Part shown: one piece after another, positions 32,013 through 42,225 of the stretch
Numbering within the stretch: position 1 is the stretch's first letter
Layout: every line of letters starts with the position of its first letter
From: an uncultured Clostridium sp.
GTDB lineage: Bacteria; Bacillota; Clostridia; TANB77; CAG-508
Length of the DNA stretch: 64,000 bases
NCBI GenBank assembly: GCA_946411515.1
Contig: CAMKEH010000003.1
Span: 47,572-111,571 of the forward strand
Direction of reading: 5' to 3'
Notes under the pieces: generated by a model
What the model was told of the DNA's origin: nothing
The model's input: the letters and a program-made list of their open reading frames with translations, nothing else
The model's database searches: none
Translations under genes and position numbers: made by a program

Positions 32013-33646
32013 TTTTCTTCATCACCTTCTGAAGTTTTTAGAAAAGGAATTATAAAATTGTATGGTACCATTAAAACCAATATATATACATATCTCATAC
32101 TGAATGCTATAGGAGCTGCTAAAATTATAGTTCCCCATGTAAATAATGCTGGTAAGTACATTAACATATTTTTATATTTTTTTGTTTTTATAGTACAAGC
32201 CATTGATGCAAGCATAATAAATAAAAAAATTCCTGAACTATATAATCTTGTTAATTTTATATCTTCTTTTATGGATTTTCCTGTTATTTTTTCGATTATA
32301 TCCATTTGATGGAAATCAATAATTTCATCAGTTCCCGGCCATGTAAAATCAGATATGTATGCATCTACAAAAACTCTATTTACATCCCAATACCCTAATG
32401 TATTTAATAGATATCCTTTTATATATAAATCTGGATTTTTTAATAATAAATCTATCCATAATTTATCAATTTCCGACTTATGCTCTGAAATAAACATATT
32501 GTTAAATTCAGGTGTAACGGTCGTTGCATCTAATAAAAATGGCGAATATACTTCCTTTAACTTTTCAATGTTACACATTTTATTAATTAATTCTTCTTGC
32601 TCCGGATTAATATCTCCACCCATGACTTCTGTGTAAAAAATCTGACTTATTTTAATTGCATTCCATCCGCCTCCATTTGTTTTCTTATTAATTCCAATTA
32701 ATGTAAATACTGGCCCTTTGATCATAACAACTACGATACTAGTTATTATAGTAAATATCAAAAACTTTAATATTTTATTTTTTCTATATGCTATTAAAAC
32801 ACAAATAGTTGTAGCCAACACCACATAAAATCCATTATTTCTTAAGAATGATATTGCAATAAATAATAATGAATATAATATATTGATCTTTATACTATTT
32901 AAATTTTTTCCCTTTTTATATACTATTTCTCCTATTAGAATTACATATGCATATAAAGCTAAACAAAATGGAGTGTCTTTCCAAATTGATAATGCATACA
33001 TTGGAAAAAGTTTAAATAAGGAGAAAAACATCGTAATAAAGACTAATACTACAATTGACACATTTTTTTTATATAACCAATATACTGAATACGCTAGTAT
33101 AGAAGCCATTATTAATATTTGCATAATCCCCAATATATTCATTCCAATTTGTGCACTATTAAAAAAATTCCCTATTACCAAACATATTTTTATTAATAAT
33201 GTATATGCTAATGGATTAACATTATCATAACTTATTATTCTTAAACACTGCTTTATACTTGTTTGTGTATCAGAAAAAATTCCTCCAGGAAAATATGTTA
33301 ATATATATGGCATCCAAAACAATAGTATTATTGCTAATATTATGAAAAAAACACTTTTTTTATTTTTAAATCTTTTCTTTATATAGAATTTTTTATCTAA
33401 CTTATCAATTATAATTCCTATTATTGTCAGTATTATATATGTAATTATCCAGGTAATTATTAAACTTATTACATTATTGCTTTTAGTTTCGTCAAAGTAA
33501 ACCTCATTCACCTTTGCTCTTATATTCTGAACAAACACTAATTTACTATCTAAAAAAATCACAAATGAAAATATTGTAGAAAAAAATATTTTGCACAATA
33601 TATATAATATATTTTTTTCTTTTAGTAATATATTTTTCTCCATCAA
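32009..33646 (-). CDS. polytopic membrane protein, second GT-C-like candidate
   Basis: 545 aa, multi-TM with one extracytoplasmic loop domain. 4-nt overlap with the next ORF. Confidence 0.35.
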   Translation of the reverse strand: MMEKNILLKEKNILYILCKIFFSTIFSFVIFLDSKLVFVQNIRAKVNEVYFDETKSNNVISLIITWIITYIILTIIGIIIDKLDKKFYIKKRFKNKKSVFFIILAIILLFWMPYILTYFPGGIFSDTQTSIKQCLRIISYDNVNPLAYTLLIKICLVIGNFFNSAQIGMNILGIMQILIMASILAYSVYWLYKKNVSIVVLVFITMFFSLFKLFPMYALSIWKDTPFCLALYAYVILIGEIVYKKGKNLNSIKINILYSLLFIAISFLRNNGFYVVLATTICVLIAYRKNKILKFLIFTIITSIVVVMIKGPVFTLIGINKKTNGGGWNAIKISQIFYTEVMGGDINPEQEELINKMCNIEKLKEVYSPFLLDATTVTPEFNNMFISEHKSEIDKLWIDLLLKNPDLYIKGYLLNTLGYWDVNRVFVDAYISDFTWPGTDEIIDFHQMDIIEKITGKSIKEDIKLTRLYSSGIFLFIMLASMACTIKTKKYKNMLMYLPALFTWGTIILAAPIAFSMRYVYILVLMVPYNFIIPFLKTSEGDEEK

Positions 33647-33657
33647 ATTTCCCCCTA

Positions 33658-35313
33658 TTAATTTATCTTATTATAATTAATTTTCGGTATATCTGTATCT
33701 AATCTATAATTTGAATTAAAATAAGGATCTCCTTTTGCCAGTATTTTTTGCCACCTTTTTACAAATATTTCATATTCCTTAGCAAATCTTTCTCGTTTTT
33801 CTTTACTTTCAGTGTCTTCTCCCCTCGATTTTGATTCATAATGATATGCTTCTACAAACGGATTATACACAATTAATTTTTTTTCTTTTCTTATTTTTAA
33901 ACAAAAATCAACATCGTTAAATGCTACTGCTAATTTTTCATCAAAACCTAAAACTTTTTTATAATCAGATTTTCTTACCATAAAGCAAGCTGCTGTAACA
34001 GCACTTAAATCCTGTACATAAGAAATATCATCATTTTTTGAAAAATCTTTTTTATTCACTTCTCTATATCGGTGGCCAGCCAATCCTCTTATCCCTATTG
34101 TAACACCAGCATGTTGAATAGAATTATCATCAAAATATAGTCTAGCTCCACAAATCCCAACGTCTTCTCTTTGTACATACATTAGCATTTGTTCTAGCCA
34201 ATCTTTATTTATTATTTCAATATCATTATTTAATAATAAAATATATTTCCCATCTGAATTTTCTACTCCATAATTTACTATTTTTGAGTAATTAAATCCA
34301 TCAATATTTAATTTTATTACTTTTATATTATCATTTTCTCTTTGAATTTTATCATAATACTTAAATGTTTCATCATATTTACTATTATTCTCAACAATTA
34401 CTATATCATAATTTTTATATGAAGATTTCAATATTGAATTGATACATTTTTTTAAATCTTCAATATGATCCATATTAGGAATTACTATTGATATTTTATC
34501 ATTTTTTATAATTTTATAATTTATCTTATATTGTCCTAAAAATTCCCCATCTTCTATACTTTCATATGAGACACCTATTCTGTCTAAATGCTGTTTTATA
34601 ATATTTTTTTGTTCATGTGTATCTATATTTTCATCTAATTTATGATATAAAATCATATCTATATGCATTATTTTTTGTCTAAATTCTATAATTCTAAGTA
34701 TAATATCATAAATAGTTTCCTTTTTGCTTAACTTATCTAATATTTCTATATTTTCCTTAATAAAATTTGTCTTAACAACTAAAAAATTCCCTATATAGTT
34801 TTTAGATAAAATATTATCATATGCAAAGTGAGGCTTAAATTCTGGATTTATTCTTTTCCCTGATTTTATATAATCATTGTCGGAATAAATCGCATTGCAT
34901 TCGTTATGCTCAATAAAATCCTGGATAGTATAAAGACAAAAAGGTTGTAATTTTATATCATTTCCAATAAATATACAATAATCACTACTGTATCTTTTTA
35001 TATTCTCTATGTATTTCTCTGGTTTTGATACTAAAACTTCATAATTATTATATGTTTGATCTATTATTAATTCTTTTTCACTTTCATTTGGAACAAATAT
35101 TAAAAATTTAGTTTTTAATGGCGATTTATATTTTTTTTGTCTTTCTAATTCTTCTTTATTATTTGGCTCATTTAATAAACTCCATTCTTCAAATTCATCT
35201 GGAACTGCATTTTTATATTTTATATAATTAATTAACCTTCTAATTTCTGTATTCAAACCATTTCTTTTTAAATTAAATTTAAAATTATTAATTTTTATTT
35301 TAATATTTCTCAT
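33658..35313 (-). CDS. two-domain glycosyltransferase (C-terminal GT2)
   Basis: C-terminal GT-A domain (ISIVIPNMDH...IVENNS...) preceded by a ~270 aa N-terminal GT-like region. Confidence 0.65.
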   Translation of the reverse strand: MRNIKIKINNFKFNLKRNGLNTEIRRLINYIKYKNAVPDEFEEWSLLNEPNNKEELERQKKYKSPLKTKFLIFVPNESEKELIIDQTYNNYEVLVSKPEKYIENIKRYSSDYCIFIGNDIKLQPFCLYTIQDFIEHNECNAIYSDNDYIKSGKRINPEFKPHFAYDNILSKNYIGNFLVVKTNFIKENIEILDKLSKKETIYDIILRIIEFRQKIMHIDMILYHKLDENIDTHEQKNIIKQHLDRIGVSYESIEDGEFLGQYKINYKIIKNDKISIVIPNMDHIEDLKKCINSILKSSYKNYDIVIVENNSKYDETFKYYDKIQRENDNIKVIKLNIDGFNYSKIVNYGVENSDGKYILLLNNDIEIINKDWLEQMLMYVQREDVGICGARLYFDDNSIQHAGVTIGIRGLAGHRYREVNKKDFSKNDDISYVQDLSAVTAACFMVRKSDYKKVLGFDEKLAVAFNDVDFCLKIRKEKKLIVYNPFVEAYHYESKSRGEDTESKEKRERFAKEYEIFVKRWQKILAKGDPYFNSNYRLDTDIPKINYNKIN

Positions 35314-35339
35314 TTATTGCTCCATTCTGCATGATACTT

Positions 35340-37452
35340 TTACTTTTTTAACATATTTTTTAAATATCTATATATTCTTCTTAGGATTTTATAAACTACT
35401 CCATGGTTATCTTGATTTATATTTTGAGCTATCTCTTGACTTTTTATCAATTCATTTGATTTCTTTATTACTTCATCATTTGCTGTAAATGGTTTAGCTT
35501 TATATAATTTTTCTATTTTTGGTAAATCATTATAATCTGTTTCCAACATATCTTTTACAGCTTTTAAAAACTGTTCAAATCCCTTTTGTAATGGAAATTC
35601 TTTCATATAATTTATACTGAATTCAGTCATTTTTTTGCATGTATCAGGGTTATCCAATAAATATAAAATACTACTAGCTATTGCTTCTGGCGATGTTTGA
35701 GCAAGTAATACACCTTCATTTGGCAAATCATATATATTATTTTCCCTATAAAGTTCTACAACTGGTAACCCTGCTGCCATCATTTCAAATGGTATTCTTG
35801 ATGGATTTGATGCACTCATACAAATTCCAACTTTACATTTATTATAAAGTTCATTGCATTTTTCAATTGGTATAATATGTAAATTTTCACATTCAAAATC
35901 AAATGTAGCTTCCACATTTGATCCATACAAATATATATGTACATCAGGTTTAATTGATTTCACTATTTTTAAGGCTCTTAAACCAATAATATCACATCTT
36001 CTAGGTTTTTCAGGTTGATAAACAAAACATATCGAATTTTCTTTTTCTATATTTTTAAGTGGTTTATAAATATTTAAATCTGCACCAAAGTCAAAATATT
36101 CTGAAGGAGTATCAAATTCTTCTTGCATCTTATGTGATAACCATTTTCCTATTGTTACAGGTAAAAAACCTTGCCTATATGAACTTTCTGTTATCAAATA
36201 TTGATCTCCCATAGGGAAAAACCATGGTTCATAATCCTGAATAAAATATGCTTTTTTCTTTGCAGGTAATCTTTTTACAAAATCTATTGTTTGCCAACCT
36301 GTAGCAAACATTAAGTCATATTCTTTTTTTATTTTAAATCCAACAAAAACTCCCGCTTCACATGGCTCATACCATTCGTTAATCTTATTTTTTACATCTT
36401 CTGATGTATCAACTCCATTCTCTTCAACAAATATATCACACTCATACCCCTCTCTTATTAGTGCATTTACATTTTGTATAATTGTTCTATGTCCACCAGA
36501 ACCTTTCCCGGGGGTGTGGTATTACCCATGCTATTTTTATCTTACCACTGTCTTTTTCTGGTAATAATGGATACATAAAGCTTCTTCTTAGCTCCTGTTT
36601 TTCCTTTATTTCTTTAGGTAAATTATAAAGTAGTGATATTTCATTTTGAATTCTACAAATTTCATCAAACTCTTTTTGCGCTTTTACATCTGTAGATACT
36701 GAACTGCCATGTTTTCTATAATAATTTAAAGGTTTAGAATTCCAACTAATTTTTCCATTCTTTAATATGTTATAATATATATACCAATCTCCAGCAACTT
36801 TAAACTCTCCAGCTTTTTCAAATATTTCAGTATAATCTTTCTTTCTCCAGAGAACACTTGATACGTTTAATATAGTATTAGTCACACTTAAGTGATTTAT
36901 AATTTCTTCTTCTCCTGTCCATATATAAGATTTTTTCCATTCTCCTGTTCTACACATATCATATAAATCTGCTGAACTAGTAGTTATTAAGTTATTTTTT
37001 CCGTCTATTCTTGCTGATTCACAATAAGAAAGAATAACTTCTTCATCATTAAAAGGTTTTATTAATTCTTCTAAAAAATCACTTTCTGCACTATCATCAG
37101 CTTCAGCTATCCAAATATAGTCTCCCTCAGCAATATCAAATCCTTTTTTCCATTGTTTAAATACACAACCACCACTGTTTTTCTCATTAATTATAAATTG
37201 AATTTTTATATTTGGATATTCTTCTTTTATTTGAGATATTTTATTATTTATTACTTTAACACTATTATCTGTAGAACAATCATCAAGTATTATTAATTCA
37301 TATATTGGATATGTTTGCATTAATATAGAATCTATTCTTTCTATAATGAACTTTTCATAATTATAATTTGGAATTATTACACTAATTTTTTTTTGATTCT
37401 CGATATTTAACTTTTTCTTTTGATTTTTATAAATATCAATCTTTCTTCCCAT
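35340..37452 (-). CDS. GT2 + GT-B (WsaF-like rhamnosyltransferase) fusion; domains joined by one +1 switch at in-frame CGG
   Basis: N-terminal domain has VIIPNYNYEKF, LDDCSTD and EADD. The C-terminal domain begins ...WVIPHP|GKGSGGHRTIIQNVNALIREGYECDIF and runs into track ORF 35340-36311. The junction is minus-strand CGG 36508-36510. Confidence 0.7.
36508..36510 (-). other. in-frame CGG; +1 continuation at GGG (GT2-GTB fusion)
   Basis: CAC CCC C|GGG AAA GGT TCT GGT GGA CAT gives PHP-GKGSGGH. The C lies in a C5 run, so the position is less certain. Confidence 0.7.
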
Positions 37453-39163
37453 TTTTTCCTCCTGTAAGTCTTTTTAATTTTTTATAAATTTTATAGCATG
37501 TCCTTCTTTCAATATTTTTTTTGTAATTTTCATATTCTCTTTTTATATATTCATTTTCTTTTTGAAAATTATCTATTGCACTTTGCATTGCTTTATTTCT
37601 TATATTCAAATTTATAAGTTCTTGTTTTGTTTCATCTATATTAATAAAATAATTTTTTTGGTAAAAATTACATATTTCTTCATCTCTGATTTCTTCCTGT
37701 AATTTATCATCTAATTGTTTAAAAATATTTAAATATTTATCTATATTATATTTTTTATATAATTCATCAATTTTTATAAATCTCCTTAATGATATTGTAT
37801 ATAAAATTGATCTATACAAAATATATTCATAGGGTAAATTAGGTTTATTCCATTCTTGATCAAAAAAAATAAATTCTCCATCTTTAAAAAAACAATTTTT
37901 AAATGTCATATCCCATAATCCATTTTTAACAAAATGCAATTCTTTAATTAATTCTTTATTTTCAATATCTATATTATACATATTAAATATAGTATTTGAA
38001 TAGTCTGTTTCAATGTATGTATTTATATCAATTGCTTTTATAAATCCATCTATAACCTGATAAAACTCCTGCATTTTATTCTTTTCCATCAATTCAACTA
38101 ATACATTATTTAATAAGTACTTCTGTTCAATATATTTACTTTTTATTTTTCCATTTTCTATATAATCAGTTACCTTAATTTTGCTATCATTTAATAATCT
38201 AATATTGTTTTTTATATTTTCATAGTGTTGTAATGCCTCTTGATTAGCAATTTCCTTTTCAACAAAATTGTTTGATATTTTTGTTATTAATTGATATTTA
38301 TCTTTTCTTAAATTATTAAAAGATATATATCTAAATTTATAATTAATATCTTCTTTTGATGCTTCTATTAAAAAAGAATTTGCAAAAAAGCTAAACATTT
38401 CCTTATTACTTTTTAGTATTTCTCTAAATACATCAATTTCATTAAAAATTACTGTTGATTTTTCTGTATGATACGGATTATATTTATCTATGCTAGTATA
38501 TGTAGGTAAATACTTATCGGAAAATATAACATCTGTCATTTTATAGTCTGGCAAAGGATAATAAAAATTTGTTTTGTATCCATTGTTTTTTAAAATTTCT
38601 TGCAATTTATTTTTAGTGAATGTCTCTATTTTTTTTTCTTCATTATTATAGCCAATTAAACTACAAAATTTTTTATTCAAAATATTATCTGCATCTCCTG
38701 CAAAAAATTTCAAACCAAATTTATTATCAACTGCTATTAATAACTTTCCAGTTGGTTTTAAGAAACGCTCTATTTTTTTAACAAATTCGTTTAATTGTAT
38801 ATCTTTGCCATATATTTTCTCTATTCTTTCATCTATCCCAATCATAACTATATAATCAAATTTCTTGATAAGTTTTGCATTTTTTAAATTGTCAGTAATT
38901 ATTTCTATGTTATTTATGTTCTTATTTTTTTCTTTAATTATTTTTGATTTTTCTAATTCCGGTTCTATTGTTACTACTTCTCTACACTTTTGAGTAAATA
39001 TTTCTGTAATCTCTCCTGTTTTCCCCCCCAACTCTAAAACAGAAGATTCAGCTTCAAAAGGATACCAATTTAATATGTTTTTTTTGTATTTTGATAATAA
39101 ATTTTTATTGACATTTCCAGCTGTTTCAATATTGTTATATGTATTTTTTTCATACAATTTCAT
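37436..39163 (-). CDS. WbdD-like chain terminator candidate: SAM methyltransferase + kinase-like domain + coiled coil
   Basis: N-terminal class I MTase motif VLELGGKTGE. Central WDMTFKN...FFDQEW resembles the APH/kinase catalytic loop. The last ~70 aa are heptad-rich. Confidence 0.5.
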   Translation of the reverse strand: MKLYEKNTYNNIETAGNVNKNLLSKYKKNILNWYPFEAESSVLELGGKTGEITEIFTQKCREVVTIEPELEKSKIIKEKNKNINNIEIITDNLKNAKLIKKFDYIVMIGIDERIEKIYGKDIQLNEFVKKIERFLKPTGKLLIAVDNKFGLKFFAGDADNILNKKFCSLIGYNNEEKKIETFTKNKLQEILKNNGYKTNFYYPLPDYKMTDVIFSDKYLPTYTSIDKYNPYHTEKSTVIFNEIDVFREILKSNKEMFSFFANSFLIEASKEDINYKFRYISFNNLRKDKYQLITKISNNFVEKEIANQEALQHYENIKNNIRLLNDSKIKVTDYIENGKIKSKYIEQKYLLNNVLVELMEKNKMQEFYQVIDGFIKAIDINTYIETDYSNTIFNMYNIDIENKELIKELHFVKNGLWDMTFKNCFFKDGEFIFFDQEWNKPNLPYEYILYRSILYTISLRRFIKIDELYKKYNIDKYLNIFKQLDDKLQEEIRDEEICNFYQKNYFINIDETKQELINLNIRNKAMQSAIDNFQKENEYIKREYENYKKNIERRTCYKIYKKLKRLTGGKNGKKD

Positions 39164-39176
39164 ATTAATCCCCTCT

Positions 39177-40493
39177 TTATTCTAGTAATTGAATATTAAT
39201 ATTCGAATCTAAACTTACTATTCCTACAGTATCTTTTGTTGACAGCACTTCAACCAATAAAGCATCATATTTTCTATTAAAAACTTCTAATTCTCCTCTT
39301 TCATTGAAATGTGTACAGCTAAAAGATAAAGTATATTTACCAGGTGCTATATTTATTCTTTGTCTAAATCCAACCTCAACAATATCATCTTTTTTGTATT
39401 TTCCAGTAGCAATTTTTTCAATCAAAGTATTTGTTCCGCACACTTCAAGGCCTTGAAAATCTTTTATAGTCATAGTAAATATCGGATCACTGACATCTTC
39501 TTTAAACCATATTTTAGATTTTAAAATAACTTCTTTATCATTTTCAATTACAGAAATAAAATTATTGTTTATATCAAACATTCCATAATCTATTACTTCT
39601 GCTTTTCCATTTCCATAGCTGATAACGTTTGGATTTTCATTAAAATTTCTTTTCCAGAATTCATTATTATTAAATTTATGGCATTCTTCATAATCATTTT
39701 CTTTTTCATCTATTTCTGTTGTATTCTTGTTATTCCTTTCAAAATCTGATCCAACTATTATTTTTTTATATTGTTCTACTCCTTCTTTTACGTCACCATC
39801 ATATATTTTATTACCACTATCTATAATTATTGTTCTTGTACAATTTTTTAAAATATCTGTTATACTGTGTGTTACAAATAAAATTGTTTTACCTTTATCT
39901 TTAAATTGTTGAAATTTTTTAAAGCATTTCAATTGAAAAGCCATATCACCAACAGATAAGACCTCATCAACTATTAATATATCTGGATCTACATTTATAG
40001 CGCATGCAAAAGCAAGCCTTGCAAACATTCCTGAAGAATAAGTTTTTACTGGTTGATATAAGTGATCTCCAATATCTGCAAACTCTATAATCTCCTTTTC
40101 TTTGGATTTTATTTCTTCGTTTGATAATCCCATCACTTGTCCATGTTGATAGATATTTGCAATTCCTGTTAACTCCGGATTAAATGCTGTTCCAAGTTCT
40201 AATAGTGAACTTACCTTACCATTAATTTTCATTTTTCCTGATGATGGAGTAACAACTCCAGTAATCATTTTTAATAGCGTTGATTTTCCAGCTCCATTTT
40301 TTCCAAGTACTCCAAGGACTTCACCTTTTCTAACATCTAAATTCAAATTATTGATAGCTGTAAATGTTCCATGTCTTTCAATCTTTGGAAATATTGTTTC
40401 TATCAATCTGTCTCTTTTTCTTGGAAACATTTTATATTTTTTATATAAACCTTCAATTTTTATTACTACATCATCATCTGTCTTATTACTCAT
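39177..40493 (-). CDS. polysaccharide ABC exporter ATPase (Wzt/TagH-like) with C-terminal extension
   Basis: Walker A GKNGAGKST, signature YSSGM and Walker B ILIVDE, plus a ~190 aa beta-rich C-terminal domain. Confidence 0.8.
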   Translation of the reverse strand: MSNKTDDDVVIKIEGLYKKYKMFPRKRDRLIETIFPKIERHGTFTAINNLNLDVRKGEVLGVLGKNGAGKSTLLKMITGVVTPSSGKMKINGKVSSLLELGTAFNPELTGIANIYQHGQVMGLSNEEIKSKEKEIIEFADIGDHLYQPVKTYSSGMFARLAFACAINVDPDILIVDEVLSVGDMAFQLKCFKKFQQFKDKGKTILFVTHSITDILKNCTRTIIIDSGNKIYDGDVKEGVEQYKKIIVGSDFERNNKNTTEIDEKENDYEECHKFNNNEFWKRNFNENPNVISYGNGKAEVIDYGMFDINNNFISVIENDKEVILKSKIWFKEDVSDPIFTMTIKDFQGLEVCGTNTLIEKIATGKYKKDDIVEVGFRQRINIAPGKYTLSFSCTHFNERGELEVFNRKYDALLVEVLSTKDTVGIVSLDSNINIQLLE

Positions 40494-40518
40494 AATTTAA
40501 ATACCTTTCATTTTTATT

Positions 40519-41310
40519 TTACAACACATCTGCAAAGTCTTTTTTGTTTTTCTTAAATATATAATTTCCCCAAATAAACATAACAATTGTAATTATCCAA
40601 AATATAATTGTATATATACCATTTTCTTGCGTTACAATATTTCCTCCCATAAACGCATTTCTGAATGATGTTACTAAGTATGTAAATGGCATGCATTGTA
40701 ATATTTTAGTTATTGTATGGTGTTCTGCTAACATTGAAATATCCCATACTATTGGTGTTGCCCAGAAACATAATTGCATTACAATTCCTAATAAATTCGA
40801 AAAGTCAGGTACTACAGTTGTTATAGCCGAAGAAAATCTTGTAAATGCTAATAAAAAACAATATGCTGCAAAAATACTATATAAAGCTAAAAGTATATTA
40901 GGTATACATCCAAACGCAATACATACAATTGTTGCTACAACAAAAAGAAATATAGCTACAAAAGAATTCGCAAACAAGGATATTAGTGGAATAACATCAA
41001 CTGGAAACACTACCTTTTTTACCAAATAACTATATGCTCTTATAGAACCACTTGCTCCCATTATTCCATCATTTATACACATCCACATTGCCATTCCTGG
41101 CATAAACCAAACAACATATGGAACCCCTTCTGGCCCTGTTTGCTTAAATATAAATTGAAATACTATAACATACATTATCATAAACACAAATGGTTGCAAA
41201 AATCCCCATATTGCACCTAAACTTGTATTTGCAAATCTATTTTTAAAGTCGTTTTTTCCAAGTTGCATTATTAATTTCTTATTTTTCCATATCGTCTTTA
41301 TAAATTCCAT
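40519..41310 (-). CDS. polysaccharide ABC exporter permease (Wzm/TagG-like, ABC-2 type)
   Basis: 263 aa with 6 TM helices, adjacent to the Wzt-like ATPase. Confidence 0.8.
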   Translation of the reverse strand: MEFIKTIWKNKKLIMQLGKNDFKNRFANTSLGAIWGFLQPFVFMIMYVIVFQFIFKQTGPEGVPYVVWFMPGMAMWMCINDGIMGASGSIRAYSYLVKKVVFPVDVIPLISLFANSFVAIFLFVVATIVCIAFGCIPNILLALYSIFAAYCFLLAFTRFSSAITTVVPDFSNLLGIVMQLCFWATPIVWDISMLAEHHTITKILQCMPFTYLVTSFRNAFMGGNIVTQENGIYTIIFWIITIVMFIWGNYIFKKNKKDFADVL

Positions 41311-41328
41311 ATTGCTTTTCTCCCTCTT

Positions 41329-42225
41329 TTAGATTTCTATTGTTATGTCTCCGTCTTTTTCTACGTAATTATTTTGTACATTTAATTCTTCCATCCAAGA
41401 TCTTGTTTCTATTGTTTTCCATATTCCTGTATTATAACCTGTTCCTGGATCATTATTCCATAACCATTCAGGTGTTGGCCACATACATATTTTGGGGCTA
41501 ATTGCTTGATATAATTCTCTTGTTGCTCCATTTTGTCCATGGTGTGCCATTTGTACAATATCACAATCTAGTTTTTCTTTTTGATTATTTAATAACTTTT
41601 CGCTACTTTTTACTCCTGTATCTCCTAAAACTATCATACTGCTTTTGTATGTGTCAAATCTTATAACCATGCTTTGTTCGTTTCCAGGATTTTCTACTAT
41701 TTCAGGATTTCTAATTCCTAATATTTCAACTTTAATATTATCAATTGTTAATTTTTCATTCAAATTTGGCGAATGAACTTTATTCCTGATTTTTTCATCA
41801 TTTAATATATTTAAAAGTTCTTCTGAAAAATCAAATCTACTTGGTTCATTTACTCTATACCATTCTTTATCATTTAATGATGCGTATATATTGCTAATTT
41901 CTACATTTTCATCTTTTACAATTTCAGTAAAAGCTCCTAAATGATCATCATGAAGATGTGTCATAAACCAGTAATCTACTTTTCCTCCATATTTGTTTAT
42001 ATGAAGTTTTAAGTTTTCTGCATCATCTTTTGTACCTCCATCAATTACAATAACTTTATTGTTTGTCTTAATGATATATCCCATCATCTGTCTACCACTA
42101 TTCATCTTTAATTGGGTTAATTGCACTGTTTGTGTATTATTAATTATTGTCATTATTAATAAAGCAATAATTATTATTGAAATAATTCCAAGTGCAGTTC
42201 TTTTAATATTTCTATTTTTATCCAT
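41329..42225 (-). CDS. membrane-anchored metallo-beta-lactamase-fold hydrolase
   Basis: N-terminal TM anchor; HxHxDH motif (THLHDDH) and a later MAHHG. Confidence 0.65.
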   Translation of the reverse strand: MDKNRNIKRTALGIISIIIIALLIMTIINNTQTVQLTQLKMNSGRQMMGYIIKTNNKVIVIDGGTKDDAENLKLHINKYGGKVDYWFMTHLHDDHLGAFTEIVKDENVEISNIYASLNDKEWYRVNEPSRFDFSEELLNILNDEKIRNKVHSPNLNEKLTIDNIKVEILGIRNPEIVENPGNEQSMVIRFDTYKSSMIVLGDTGVKSSEKLLNNQKEKLDCDIVQMAHHGQNGATRELYQAISPKICMWPTPEWLWNNDPGTGYNTGIWKTIETRSWMEELNVQNNYVEKDGDITIEI

